DNA of 64,000 bases from Gemmatimonadales bacterium (GTDB lineage: Bacteria > Gemmatimonadota > Gemmatimonadetes > Gemmatimonadales > GWC2-71-9), in NCBI GenBank assembly GCA_041615815.1, contig JBFJCP010000014.1, positions 32,001 through 96,000 of the forward strand. The letters run 5' to 3'. Below the pieces are notes generated by a model. That model did not search any database. It saw only the letters and a program-made list of their open reading frames with translations, and was not told where the DNA came from. Both the position numbers and the translations under genes were made by a program. This document shows positions 29,247 to 38,618 of the stretch, piece by piece; within the stretch, counting starts at the first letter, position 1; the number at the start of each line of letters is the position of its first letter.

Positions 29247-30364
29247 CGGATCTTGAGCGTCGACAGCGCCAGCAACGCACATAGCACGCCAATGATGTAG
29301 AGACGCGTGACGACCTTGGACTCGGGCCATCCGATCTGTTCGAAATGATGGTGTAACGGCGCCATGCGAAAGAGCCGATGTTGATCCGCGTAGTCCCGGC
29401 CCCGCCGGCGCTTGTGCCAACGATATACACCGGTCTGGAGAATCACCGATACGGCCTCGGCCACGAACACGCCACCGATCAAGAGCAGGAGAAACTCCGA
29501 CTTCAACAGGATCGCCACCGTTCCAAAGGCACCGCCGATGGCCAGGCTCCCGGTATCACCCATGAAGACCTGGGCGGGATGCGCGTTGAACCAGAGAAAG
29601 CCGAGGGCGGCCCCCATGAGGCTGGCGCAGAAGATCGCCATCTCCCCTGCCCCCCGCAGGTAGTAGACCCCGAGGTACTCCGAGGCATCCACCCGCCCAA
29701 ACAGGTAGGCGAAGATGGCGAACGCACCAGCAGCAATGAACGTGAGGCCGGTGGCCAGCCCGTCGAGTCCATCAGTGAGGTTCACCGCATTACTCGTGGC
29801 GGTAATCACGAACGTGACAAATACCACGTAGAGGATGCCGGGAAGGTAGAGCAGCACGTATTTGAACAAGGGCAATTGCGTGGCATTGGCCGGGAGATTA
29901 TCCGCGAGGGGGAAGAACAGCAGGTACGACCCCAACGCCACTCCAAAGGTGATCTGGCCAATCAGTTTGTACCGCGCCACCAGCCCCCGGGACTTCTCCT
30001 GGATGAATTTGAGGTAGTCGTCGATGAACCCAATGGCACCCATCCACAGCGTGGCAACGACAGCGACCAACACGTATCGGTTGTCCAGACGAGCCCACAG
30101 CAATGCGGGGATCAGCGTGCCGATGAGAATGATCAGCCCCCCCATCGTGGGGGTGCCCCGTTTCGTGTGGTGCGACGGTGGACCCTCGGCCCGCACCACT
30201 TGCCCGACGCTGCGGCGCTGCAACTGACGAATTAGCGCCGGTCCCACGACGAAGCTCAACAGGATCGCGGTCACCGTGGCGCCGGCCGCACGGAACGTGA
30301 GGTAGTTGAACAGGTTGAAGGCGATGTGTTTCGCCGCGAGCGGACTCAGCAGGTGGTAGAGCAC
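29243..30364 (-). CDS. mraY: Phospho-MurNAc-pentapeptide transferase
   Basis: KRGTPTMGG, DDY, NAVNLTDGLDGL, FMGDTGS, MAPLHHHF. Confidence 0.97.
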   Translation of the reverse strand: MLYHLLSPLAAKHIAFNLFNYLTFRAAGATVTAILLSFVVGPALIRQLQRRSVGQVVRAEGPPSHHTKRGTPTMGGLIILIGTLIPALLWARLDNRYVLVAVVATLWMGAIGFIDDYLKFIQEKSRGLVARYKLIGQITFGVALGSYLLFFPLADNLPANATQLPLFKYVLLYLPGILYVVFVTFVITATSNAVNLTDGLDGLATGLTFIAAGAFAIFAYLFGRVDASEYLGVYYLRGAGEMAIFCASLMGAALGFLWFNAHPAQVFMGDTGSLAIGGAFGTVAILLKSEFLLLLIGGVFVAEAVSVILQTGVYRWHKRRRGRDYADQHRLFRMAPLHHHFEQIGWPESKVVTRLYIIGVLCALLALSTLKIR

Positions 30365-31710
30365 GAGCGTTCGCCGTCCGGGATGATAAAGGGAATCGCG
30401 CGTTCCAAGTGCATCCCGCGCGAGGCTTTCAGCAAGAGCAGTTCGTTTCCTCGGAGCCGAGCGGCCAAGGCCTCTCCCAGCGTCTCGGCGGTCTCGGCCG
30501 TCATCAGCCGCTCGCCCAGAACGGGACGATGCCGCTCGAATGCCGGAATGAAGGCTCCGATCGCAGCCACGAGCGCGGGACTCCGGGCCATCACGGCGTC
30601 CGCCATGCGATCGTGCAGCTCGGGACTGGCCGGGCCCAACTCCAGCATGGACCCGAGCGCCACCACCAACGGCCGGTTTCCCTGCATCGCCGCTGCCGTA
30701 TCCAGCGATGCTTCCAGGGACGCTGGGTTGGCGTTGTACGCATCGTACAGCACCACGAGCTCTCCATGGCGGATGACCTCACAGCGCCCCGGCGGGAGCG
30801 TGACCTGTTCCAGCGCCGCCGCCGCTGCCGCGAGATCCACTCCGAGCACCTCCGCCGCGCCAAGGGCAAGCATGGCGTTGTCCACCTGATGCGGCCCGAG
30901 CACCGGAAGTCTGATCTGGTGACCGCGAAAGGTGAGCACGGCCTTCCCGTCATCGTCGAGCCGCCAAGCATCCGGTCGCACGGTGGCGGACCGGTCCACC
31001 CCGGCCACGATCACGTGCCCGGCGAGCGTGGTTGCACGCGCCCCCAGTGCAGGTGGCGTGGTGCCCACGATGGCCACCGGCACGCGTTCGAGCAACGCGG
31101 TCTTCTCCTCGAAGGTCGCCTCGAGACTACCAAACCCCTCGAGGTGAGCGGCAGAGACGTTGGTCACGATCGCCATAGTCGGTTCAATGATATCCCGGAG
31201 CCGAGCCATCTCGCCGGGCACACTAGCGCCCGCTTCGACCACGAGCGTCTCGGTCTCCTCGGGAGCACCAAGAATCGTGAGCGGCACACCCACAAGGTTG
31301 TTGAGGTTCTCCCATGTGGCGTGCACGACCCATCGGGTCGCGAGGACACGGACGAGCATCTCTTTGGTCGATGTCTTTCCGTTGCTTCCCGTCACCGCCA
31401 GGACGGGGCCATCGAGCTCGCGCCGCCGGGCACGGGCGAGGCGGCCGAGCGCCGCGAGGGTATCCTCGACCTCGAACAGTCGCAGGCCTTCCACCGGGCG
31501 TGTCCCGCGCTGCACCACGGCACCCGTGGCGCCGCCCGTGCGTGCGTCCGCGAGGTAATCGTGCCCGTCGAATCGCGCACCGTGGAGCGCCACGAAGAGG
31601 GCGCCCTCCCCCAGTCTTCTCGTATCCGTGCTGATTTGGGTGAAGTGCTCTCCGCGCAGCGTGTCCGTTTCGAGTGCTCGGCAGACCCACTCGCTGGTCC
31701 AGCGTCTCAT
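30346..31710 (-). CDS. murF: MurF ligase
   Basis: ISTDTR, FDGHDY, TGSNGKTSTKE, NNLVGVP, DAYNANP, LKASRGM; ATG 31710. Confidence 0.95.
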   Translation of the reverse strand: MRRWTSEWVCRALETDTLRGEHFTQISTDTRRLGEGALFVALHGARFDGHDYLADARTGGATGAVVQRGTRPVEGLRLFEVEDTLAALGRLARARRRELDGPVLAVTGSNGKTSTKEMLVRVLATRWVVHATWENLNNLVGVPLTILGAPEETETLVVEAGASVPGEMARLRDIIEPTMAIVTNVSAAHLEGFGSLEATFEEKTALLERVPVAIVGTTPPALGARATTLAGHVIVAGVDRSATVRPDAWRLDDDGKAVLTFRGHQIRLPVLGPHQVDNAMLALGAAEVLGVDLAAAAAALEQVTLPPGRCEVIRHGELVVLYDAYNANPASLEASLDTAAAMQGNRPLVVALGSMLELGPASPELHDRMADAVMARSPALVAAIGAFIPAFERHRPVLGERLMTAETAETLGEALAARLRGNELLLLKASRGMHLERAIPFIIPDGERSCSTTC

Positions 31711-33173
31711 GCCGGTGCCCTCTGTCCCAAGGCGGTCCGCACGATCTCCCGCTCGTCGAACGGGAGCCGGTCCGTGCCAATCACCTGGTAGGTCTCGTGG
31801 CCCTTCCCTGCCAAGAGCAATGCATCTCCCGACCGTAACATGCTCACCGCCTGCTCGATCGCGGCCCGCCGCTCCGTGATGCGCAGGTGACCGCCTTCCC
31901 CCATGCCCCGTTCGATGTCGTCGATGATGCGCTCGGGGTCTTCGGTCCGAGGATTGTCGGACGTGACGATGGCAACATCGGCGCCGCGGGCCGCGATCGT
32001 GCCCATGAGCGGCCGCTTGCGCCGATCGCGGTCGCCCCCGGCACCGAAAAGCACGATCAGCCGACCGGCGGTCAGTGGCCGGAGCGCCTGGATCGCTCGC
32101 TCGAGCGCGTCCGGGGTATGGGCGTAGTCGCGCACGACCAGGAAGTCGCCCTTCGCCAATCGCTCCATACGTCCCGGAACCTGCGGCGCGTTCGCGAGCC
32201 GCGCGCCGATCTCTCCGGGGGCGACGTCGAGCGCCCATGCCATTGCCGCCGCTGCCAGGGCGTTGTGGACGTTGAACGCCCCGAGGAGCGGCAGACGGAC
32301 GTCCACCGACTCACCGGCGAGATCGAGGGTCAGCCCCGTCCCGCGGTCACCGACCTCGACACCCGACGCCCGCACGTCGCCACCGCGTTCCCATCCGTAG
32401 GAGATGCGGCGCACCCCATGGAGGATGGGCAAGGCCGTCCACGCAGGGTCGTCGGCGTTCACGACCTCCACCCCACCCGCGGTGAGGTAACTGGACAGCT
32501 TCGCCTTGGCCGCAAAGTACGCTTCCTCGGTCTCGTGGTAGTCCAGATGATCGTGGGTCAGGTTGGTGTAGACGGCGCCCGCGAGGGTGAGGGTCTCGAG
32601 CCGGCGCTGATCCAACGCGTGCGAGGACGCTTCCATGACCACGCCGCGCACTCCGCGCGCGGCGAGCGCGGCAAGGGCACGCTGGAGCTCGACGGCTCCC
32701 GGAGTCGTCAATGACTGGAACTCGGGAAGCAGCGCTCCGGTGCCGTCCACCGCGCCGAGCGTGCCAAGGGAGCCCACACGGCCGTCGCCGTTCAACAAAT
32801 GTCTCGTCAAGGCAACGGTGGTGGACTTGCCGTTGGTCCCGGTCACGCCTATGAGCCGGAGCCGTTCCCCCGGCCGCCCGAACCATTCTCGCGCGGCGAT
32901 CGCCGCAGCCGCCCGACCGTCCCGCACGACGATTTGCGTCGGCGCTGCGTCCGTCGGCCGCGTGACCAGAGCGGCGGCGGCGCCGCGGCGGGCCGCGTCG
33001 CCGAGAAAGCGATGGCCATCCGTCATCGTCCCTTCGATGGCGCAGAACAGCGATCCGGGCTCGACCTGACGGGAGTCGTCGACCACGCCCCGAATCTCCG
33101 GAACCTGGGACGGGGCATTCACGAGCTGCCCCGCCGCCCGAAGAGCGGCCAGGATATCGGCGGTGGCGGTCAC
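31707..33173 (-). CDS. murE: MurE ligase (meso-DAP type)
   Basis: GTNGKSTT, MEASSH, DHLDYH, DYAHTPD, DNPR (DAP specificity), GKGHE; GTG 33173. Confidence 0.96.
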   Translation of the reverse strand: MTATADILAALRAAGQLVNAPSQVPEIRGVVDDSRQVEPGSLFCAIEGTMTDGHRFLGDAARRGAAAALVTRPTDAAPTQIVVRDGRAAAAIAAREWFGRPGERLRLIGVTGTNGKSTTVALTRHLLNGDGRVGSLGTLGAVDGTGALLPEFQSLTTPGAVELQRALAALAARGVRGVVMEASSHALDQRRLETLTLAGAVYTNLTHDHLDYHETEEAYFAAKAKLSSYLTAGGVEVVNADDPAWTALPILHGVRRISYGWERGGDVRASGVEVGDRGTGLTLDLAGESVDVRLPLLGAFNVHNALAAAAMAWALDVAPGEIGARLANAPQVPGRMERLAKGDFLVVRDYAHTPDALERAIQALRPLTAGRLIVLFGAGGDRDRRKRPLMGTIAARGADVAIVTSDNPRTEDPERIIDDIERGMGEGGHLRITERRAAIEQAVSMLRSGDALLLAGKGHETYQVIGTDRLPFDEREIVRTALGQRAPA

Positions 33174-35095
33174 TGGGACGCGGGTCGCTCGGCCCCGGTC
33201 ACGGTCACGAGGGCCCCCATGGGCACGGCGGCGCCCGACGCCGGCTGGGTGGCGGCCACGCGGCCCCAACCGGTGAGACGCACCCGGAAGCCAGCCGCGT
33301 GCAGGCGTTCCACGGCCGCCCGCAGCGGAAGCCCCCGGACGTCGGGGACGGTGCGCCTGCCGACGGAATCGGGCTCCAACGGGGCCGGCCACGGCGTGAC
33401 GAACGGCGCACTGCCAGCCCCCACGGCCGGCAAGCTGCGTTCGTCGGCCCGCTCGCTCGCCAACCGCTGCACGTCCAGGGCGGGGCTCCGGGTGGCAAGG
33501 ACCTGCTCGAGGACCGCACGCGTCACGGGGGCCGCGGTGACACGCGCGTACACGCCGCGGGGGTCATCCAACTTGACCACCATGACCAACTGAGGATCGT
33601 CGGCAGGGAAGATCGAGGCGAAGGTGGCCGTATAGGAGCCCGGGATGTACCCGTCCGGCCCCGCCCGGCGTGCTGTTCCGGTCTTGCCCGCCACCTCCGA
33701 CGAGGTGAGCGCTACCGGATCGCCGGTGCCACCGCGGTACACGACCCCACGCAGCATCTCGCGGAGATGCGCCGCGACTTCGGACGACACGACCCGACGC
33801 ACGGGCTCGGGGACGTGGCGATACACGACCTCGCCATCGGGACGGCGAATCTCCCGTACGAGTGCAGGACGGAGCAAGACGCCCTCGTTGGCGATGGCGC
33901 CGTACGCCTGCGCGAGCTGCAGCGGTGTGACGGCCACTTCGTACCCAATCGCCAAGCTGGCGGCGGTGGTCCCACTCCACTGGTGGGGCGGACGAAGCAG
34001 ACCCTTGGATTCGGTCGGGTACTCGATCCCTGTGGGGGTGCCCAGGCCAAAACGACGCAGCATCTCGAACTGCGCGTCCGGGGTGAGTGACCTGGTGGCC
34101 TTTACGATTCCGATGTTGCTGGACCGCTCCACGACTTGTTGCAGCGTCAACCACCCTTCGGGGTGATCGTCCCTGATGGTGCGTCGGCCCAGCACGTAGG
34201 TGCCTTGCTCCCCGTAAATCGAATCGAACGGCGTGGCGAGACCGTGGTGCAGCAGCGCTGCCGCGGCGAAGATCTTGGCAGTGGATCCGGGCTCGAACAC
34301 ACTCGAGACGGCCGTGGCGCTCCGCGCCGCAGGACCTGCGGACGCGATGGCCAGGACTTCCCCCGTCCGCGCGTGGAGGAGCACGACGTCCCCCGCCACT
34401 GCATCGAGTCGATCGACCGCATCATCCAGGGCCTGCTGGCAGATGTCCTGCAGATCCGCGTCCAGGGTGAGCACGACATCGTGCCCAGGAATGGGAAAGG
34501 CTCCCAGTCGCGATGGAGACTCGTACTCGACACCAAAGCGATCTCTCAGGCGCACCGCCGTGCCCGGCGTTCCGGTGAGGAGCGAGTCGAGCGCGGCTTC
34601 GATCCCGCTGGCGGGCCGGCCGTGACCGCCGGGTCTTCCCAAGACGGGGCGCGCGAACCCCGGATTGGGGTGGAAGCGAACGAGTTCGCCGTCCAGGTGG
34701 ACGCCTCCCATGCGCCGCAGCGGTTGCACCTGGGTGGCCGCATACCGGCCGGGAATGGCGGCCCACCGGCCCCGAAAGCGGCGCTCCACATCGCGCCGCC
34801 TCAGTCCCAGCGCCTTGGCCACCGCCGCGATGTCGCGCGCCGGATCTCGCAGTTGGTCACGAGCGAGGCCAACCTGATAGACCTCCTGCGTGGCAGCGAG
34901 GGTCAGTCCATTGCGGTCGAGGAGCGCGCCGCGGGGTGCCGGGAGAGACACGCGCGTCGTGCGTTGCGCATCGGCATTGGCCCGATGTTCGGGACCCTCC
35001 ACCAGCTGCACCTGTACCGCGCGGGCCAGGATGAGGATGAGGCCCGCGGCAAACGCGAACTTGACGACATCCAACCGTACGGACGGATTGGCCAT
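33170..35095 (-). CDS. ftsI: Class B PBP FtsI with C-terminal PASTA domain
   Basis: EPGSTAK (SxxK), SSN, KTG motifs; VPDVRGL PASTA. Confidence 0.93.
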   Translation of the reverse strand: MANPSVRLDVVKFAFAAGLILILARAVQVQLVEGPEHRANADAQRTTRVSLPAPRGALLDRNGLTLAATQEVYQVGLARDQLRDPARDIAAVAKALGLRRRDVERRFRGRWAAIPGRYAATQVQPLRRMGGVHLDGELVRFHPNPGFARPVLGRPGGHGRPASGIEAALDSLLTGTPGTAVRLRDRFGVEYESPSRLGAFPIPGHDVVLTLDADLQDICQQALDDAVDRLDAVAGDVVLLHARTGEVLAIASAGPAARSATAVSSVFEPGSTAKIFAAAALLHHGLATPFDSIYGEQGTYVLGRRTIRDDHPEGWLTLQQVVERSSNIGIVKATRSLTPDAQFEMLRRFGLGTPTGIEYPTESKGLLRPPHQWSGTTAASLAIGYEVAVTPLQLAQAYGAIANEGVLLRPALVREIRRPDGEVVYRHVPEPVRRVVSSEVAAHLREMLRGVVYRGGTGDPVALTSSEVAGKTGTARRAGPDGYIPGSYTATFASIFPADDPQLVMVVKLDDPRGVYARVTAAPVTRAVLEQVLATRSPALDVQRLASERADERSLPAVGAGSAPFVTPWPAPLEPDSVGRRTVPDVRGLPLRAAVERLHAAGFRVRLTGWGRVAATQPASGAAVPMGALVTVTGAERPASQ

Positions 35096-35098
35096 GGG

Positions 35099-35386
35099 TC
35101 AGGGATCCCCTGCGTCTGGAACGGTAATACGCACCATCTCACTGTCGCGGGGCAAGTGGAGGCCGAGGGATTCGGCTTTGGGCACCAGCACGGCCCGGCT
35201 TTCGCCGCGGCGAATGCGCTGGAGCAGCTCGGCCCGGCGGGCCTCCAGCGTGGTCCGCTGCTCACGCAGCTCGTTCAATCTCGTGGCCGTCACGTGGGAC
35301 GAGGTTTGGCGCGCCACGATCCAGGTCAGGATCCCGAGCGCGAAGAGGAGCCAGAGCAAGACCCAGGATCGCCCTCTAGGGGTCAT
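35099..35386 (-). CDS. ftsL: FtsL-like cell division protein
   Basis: TM helix plus coiled coil ending AESLGL; located between rsmH and ftsI. Confidence 0.7.
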   Translation of the reverse strand: MTPRGRSWVLLWLLFALGILTWIVARQTSSHVTATRLNELREQRTTLEARRAELLQRIRRGESRAVLVPKAESLGLHLPRDSEMVRITVPDAGDP

Positions 35387-36284
35387 GGGCCACGTGAAAG
35401 ATGCGCAACTTGGCGCTCCGGGCTCGGCGGTTGGCGGCGATCTCTTCCGGACCGGGGGTCAGCGGTTTCCGCGGGGTGCGATGACCCAGGGAGCGCCCGC
35501 GGCACGTGCACACGGGCTGTTTGGGCGGACAAACGCACTCGCGCTCCCAGTCCTGAAACGCGTGCTTGACGATGCGGTCTTCGCCCGAATGGTAGGTAAT
35601 CACCGCGAGGAGGCCTCCGGGCCCGAGCGCGTCCCGCAAGGCTGGGAGGGCGCGTTCCAGTTCGGCCAGTTCATCGTTCACGGCGATTCGCACGGCTTGG
35701 AACAGTCGTGCGAAGTCGCGGGGGCCGGTGCGGGGTCCGAGGGCGGCGCGGATGGCACCCACGAGATCGTCACTCGTGCGTAAGGGCGCGCGGGTGCGCC
35801 GCGTGGCGATCCGATCTGCCAGGCGGCGGCTGCGCGGCTCGTCCCCGTAGCGGCGGAAGATCGTAGCCAACTCGGCCGGCGGGAGGGAATTGAGCAGTTC
35901 GGCCGCTGTGGTCCCGGTCCCGGAGAGCCGCATATCCAGCGGAACGCCGGGCCGAAACGAGAAGCCGCGGTCGTCACGATCGAGGTGCATGCTGGACACG
36001 CCGAGGTCGAGCAGGATCAAGTCCGGCTCGAACCTGGCGATGGCCTGCAGGGTGTCCGGCGCGCCGAACCGCCCCACCCGCCAGAGGATGCCATCCTCAC
36101 CGAGGCGCGCGCGCGCCTCGGCGATGGCGGCGGGATCACGATCGATCGCGAACACGTCTGCGCCCAGTTCGCGGCACCGTGCCGTGTGTCCGCCAGCACC
36201 GGCGGTGCAATCCACGACGCGTGACCGGCCGGCCGCCAGCCGTGCGATCTCGCCGGCGAGGACGGGCATGTGGCCGGCCGTCAC
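35376..36284 (-). CDS. rsmH: 16S rRNA m4C1402 methyltransferase
   Basis: HMPVL, DCTAGAGGH, DLGVSSMHLD, FQAVRIAVNDE, YHSGEDRIVK, NRRARSAKLR; GTG 36284. Confidence 0.96.
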   Translation of the reverse strand: MTAGHMPVLAGEIARLAAGRSRVVDCTAGAGGHTARCRELGADVFAIDRDPAAIAEARARLGEDGILWRVGRFGAPDTLQAIARFEPDLILLDLGVSSMHLDRDDRGFSFRPGVPLDMRLSGTGTTAAELLNSLPPAELATIFRRYGDEPRSRRLADRIATRRTRAPLRTSDDLVGAIRAALGPRTGPRDFARLFQAVRIAVNDELAELERALPALRDALGPGGLLAVITYHSGEDRIVKHAFQDWERECVCPPKQPVCTCRGRSLGHRTPRKPLTPGPEEIAANRRARSAKLRIFHVAHDP

Positions 36285-36360
36285 GGGCCCGCCCAATGCG
36301 GAACGGCCCCGCGTGCGGAGCAGGCGGGGCCGGGATGGGAATACATGTCGGGTTCTCAAG

Positions 36361-36434
36361 CGGGGCTGACGGGACTTGAACCCGCGGCCTCCGGTGTGAC
36401 AGACCGGCACTCTAACCAACTGAGCTACAGCCCC
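36361..36434 (-). tRNA. tRNA-Asp(GTC), CCA not encoded
   Basis: GGGGCTGTAGCTCAGTTGGTTAGAGTGCCGGTCT-GTC-ACACCGGAGGCCGCGGGTTCAAGTCCCGTCAGCCCCG cloverleaf. Confidence 0.97.
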
Positions 36435-36472
36435 AAAAAGCACAGCAGCGGAATGTAGGTCCGCTGCTGCGC
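36435..36472 (-). terminator. Intrinsic terminator abutting the tRNA-Asp 5' end
   Basis: GCGCAGCAGCGGA-cctacat-TCCGCTGCTGTGC 13-bp stem (one G-U pair) followed by TTTTT. Confidence 0.7.
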
Positions 36473-36480
36473 CAATTCAA
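36452..36480 (-). promoter_or_regulatory. Putative sigma70 promoter for tRNA-Asp/dcw
   Basis: TTGAAT (36480-36475), 17 nt, TACATT (36457-36452). Confidence 0.6.
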
Positions 36481-36501
36481 GCCATCCGCGGTTCGTATCG
36501 C

Positions 36502-38253
36502 TCAGCGGCAGAACGCCTGACGGAGCTGAGGAATGCGGGCTTCGAACTGCCGGTATTGTTGTAAGAACTGTTGTGCGGTCGAGGCCGAGACGGACGCCCC
36601 GATCTCGAGGGCCCGTTTCCCTCGGGACACCATTTGCGCGTCCTGGTTCACCAGCGCACACGACTTCTCTTCGGTCACCCGTCGGTCGAACTCGAAGATC
36701 TGGAACATGAGCCCGAAGCCGAGGAAGAAGTTGGCCTGCTCGGTGAGCCGGTTCTGCACGTCGTTCTGCAACGCTTTTTCGAGCCAGGCGATGGCGATGT
36801 CCAAATGCATCCGCAACTGCACCATCTTGGTGGTGGGCTGGTAGTACAGCACGGCGGCATTCATGAGAACCGCCGTGTCCCTGCTCATGCCCGTCACTTC
36901 GTCCAGGAACCGGCCGGCCTGCAGGAGCCGCGCGGTGTCCAGCGGTACGACGGTATCGATGGTGAGTCCCTCGATGATGGCTCGGGCGGCTCCCAGCCTC
37001 GTGGCGACGTCGCTCGGGTCGAGCATCAGGATCTGCTCGTACGCACCCACCACCGAGTCGGTCATGCCCGCTTCATTGAATGCGTTGGCCCGGGCCCGCC
37101 ACATGGTCACCGATTGGGGGAGCTCCTGGACCGCTTCACCGCTCCATCTCAGCAGCGCGTCGGTGTCATTGATCTGCTGGGACGCACCGATCACTTGTAA
37201 GTAGAAAATGCTATCGCCCTTGAGGGCGTCATTCAGAGCATACTGCCGACCCAACGCGTCGAGCGCACAGACCCAGAGTTCCCCTTCCACACAGGCACGC
37301 ACTTTGAGGTCGAGGAACTCTCGGTCGTCGGGATTCTCCATGAGCCACTCGTCGAGCAGCGAGCGTGCCCGGGTGTATTCGCCGAGCGTTATGTATCCCG
37401 CGGAGAGGCCCAGCCGCAACTGCCGGTCACCTGGGCGGGCCATGAGCTGATTGGCGAACGCGTCGATGGCCTTCAGGGAGTCCCCTTCGGCTTGGTACAG
37501 CCGACCCAGCCGCTCCCATGCGCGCGTCAGCAGGGAGTCGCCGGTGGCAGCGCGCTGGTACATCGCGATCTGCGAGTCTGCCGGCGCATTCGTGGCTTCC
37601 ATCACCACGGCGGCGCACAGGGAGGCCGACGGGTGGTTGGGAGCGATCCGGAACGCGCGTTCTGCACGATCGCGGGCGCCATTGAAGTCGCCGCGGTCCC
37701 GCCGGTCCGTGCATTCGCGCGCCTGCTCCGCGGCGTCGACCTGGCGATCGAGCGAGTCGACGGTCAACTCGGCAAGTTGCCTGGCACCTCCCGTGGCCGA
37801 GCCGTGGACGCGGATCCAGCCGGACAACCCCGAGCGTCCAATGTCCACCATGCGGAGTTGGATGTGCGGTGCGGAGTCGTTGCGACCGAAGTCGCCTTCG
37901 ATGTAGGCATCCGACCGCAGCGCTCGCGCCAACCGTTCCGCATCGGCGGCACCCAGAATCGCATTGGGGGGATAGCCGGATTCGCCCAGCATCTCCGATA
38001 CCTGATCCGTGGAGATGATCGTGAGCTTGTTGCGGAACTTGGACTCCATGCGGCGCCGGACCTCGTGCGCGTATTGGACCGCGAGCGCCGAGTCGGTGGG
38101 CACCGCGGGTGACGGGACGAGGAAGAGCACGCGCTCCAGCTGCCGCCGCTGCCCGAATTGGGCCTCGACAGGAGCGGGGACGATGAGCGTGGCAGCGGTC
38201 GCGATTCCTGCTGCGACCATTGCCAGACGAGTGTTGACACGCGTAAACGGCAC
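36502..38253 (-). CDS. Secreted TPR protein
   Basis: GGAGG SD 7 nt before GTG 38253; signal peptide ending VEA-Q; multiple TPR-like helices (AWERLGRLYQAEGD). Confidence 0.75.
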   Translation of the reverse strand: MPFTRVNTRLAMVAAGIATAATLIVPAPVEAQFGQRRQLERVLFLVPSPAVPTDSALAVQYAHEVRRRMESKFRNKLTIISTDQVSEMLGESGYPPNAILGAADAERLARALRSDAYIEGDFGRNDSAPHIQLRMVDIGRSGLSGWIRVHGSATGGARQLAELTVDSLDRQVDAAEQARECTDRRDRGDFNGARDRAERAFRIAPNHPSASLCAAVVMEATNAPADSQIAMYQRAATGDSLLTRAWERLGRLYQAEGDSLKAIDAFANQLMARPGDRQLRLGLSAGYITLGEYTRARSLLDEWLMENPDDREFLDLKVRACVEGELWVCALDALGRQYALNDALKGDSIFYLQVIGASQQINDTDALLRWSGEAVQELPQSVTMWRARANAFNEAGMTDSVVGAYEQILMLDPSDVATRLGAARAIIEGLTIDTVVPLDTARLLQAGRFLDEVTGMSRDTAVLMNAAVLYYQPTTKMVQLRMHLDIAIAWLEKALQNDVQNRLTEQANFFLGFGLMFQIFEFDRRVTEEKSCALVNQDAQMVSRGKRALEIGASVSASTAQQFLQQYRQFEARIPQLRQAFCR

Positions 38254-38310
38254 CACGACGCCTCCGGTTGTTGCTATCGCTCCGGGATCAGGTTCAATCG
38301 CTCCCGACCA

Positions 38311-38385
38311 TGGGCGAAGAGGGATTCGAACCCCCGACTTCCTGCTTGTAAGGCAGGCGCTCTGAACCAACTGAGCTATTCGCCC
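38311..38385 (-). tRNA. tRNA-Val(TAC), CCA not encoded
   Basis: GGGCGAATAGCTCAGTTGGTTCAGAGCGCCTGCCT-TAC-AAGCAGGAAGTCGGGGGTTCGAATCCCTCTTCGCCCA. Confidence 0.97.
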
Positions 38386-38392
38386 GCGCCCG

Positions 38393-38581
38393 CTACAGCG
38401 CGAGGCCGAGCGGGAAGAGCACGCAATACGCGAGCACCAATAAAATTGGTGCGAGCGTGGTCGACCCGCCAGCGAGCAACGCGTACCCAGCGGCGAGCGA
38501 GGCCACTGCACCGCCCAACAATAGCAGGTTGCTGCGCCGCAGGCGCAGCTGAGCGGCGGAATCCGCGCTGTTCCTAGACAT
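38393..38581 (-). CDS. Small two-TM membrane protein (DUF3098-like)
   Basis: NLLLLGGAVASLAAGYALL...TLAPILLVLAY pattern; own promoter upstream. Confidence 0.6.
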   Translation of the reverse strand: MSRNSADSAAQLRLRRSNLLLLGGAVASLAAGYALLAGGSTTLAPILLVLAYCVLFPLGLAL

Positions 38582-38589
38582 AGACACTC

Positions 38590-38618
38590 AGGCTAACCCG
38601 AGGTTCCAAGAGCGTCAA
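38590..38618 (-). promoter_or_regulatory. Putative sigma70 promoter for small membrane protein/tRNA-Val
   Basis: TTGACG (38618-38613), 17 nt, TAGCCT (38595-38590); 8 nt to the ATG. Confidence 0.55.

Noticed and set aside
36361..38385. TPR gene between two tRNAs as an integrated element
   Set aside because: No integrase and no duplicated tRNA 3' end (att) noticed; composition looks like the surroundings.
36285..38511. N-terminal ORF extensions of rsmH (to 36443) and the TPR gene (to 38511)
   Set aside because: They run through tRNA genes; better-supported starts lie downstream.
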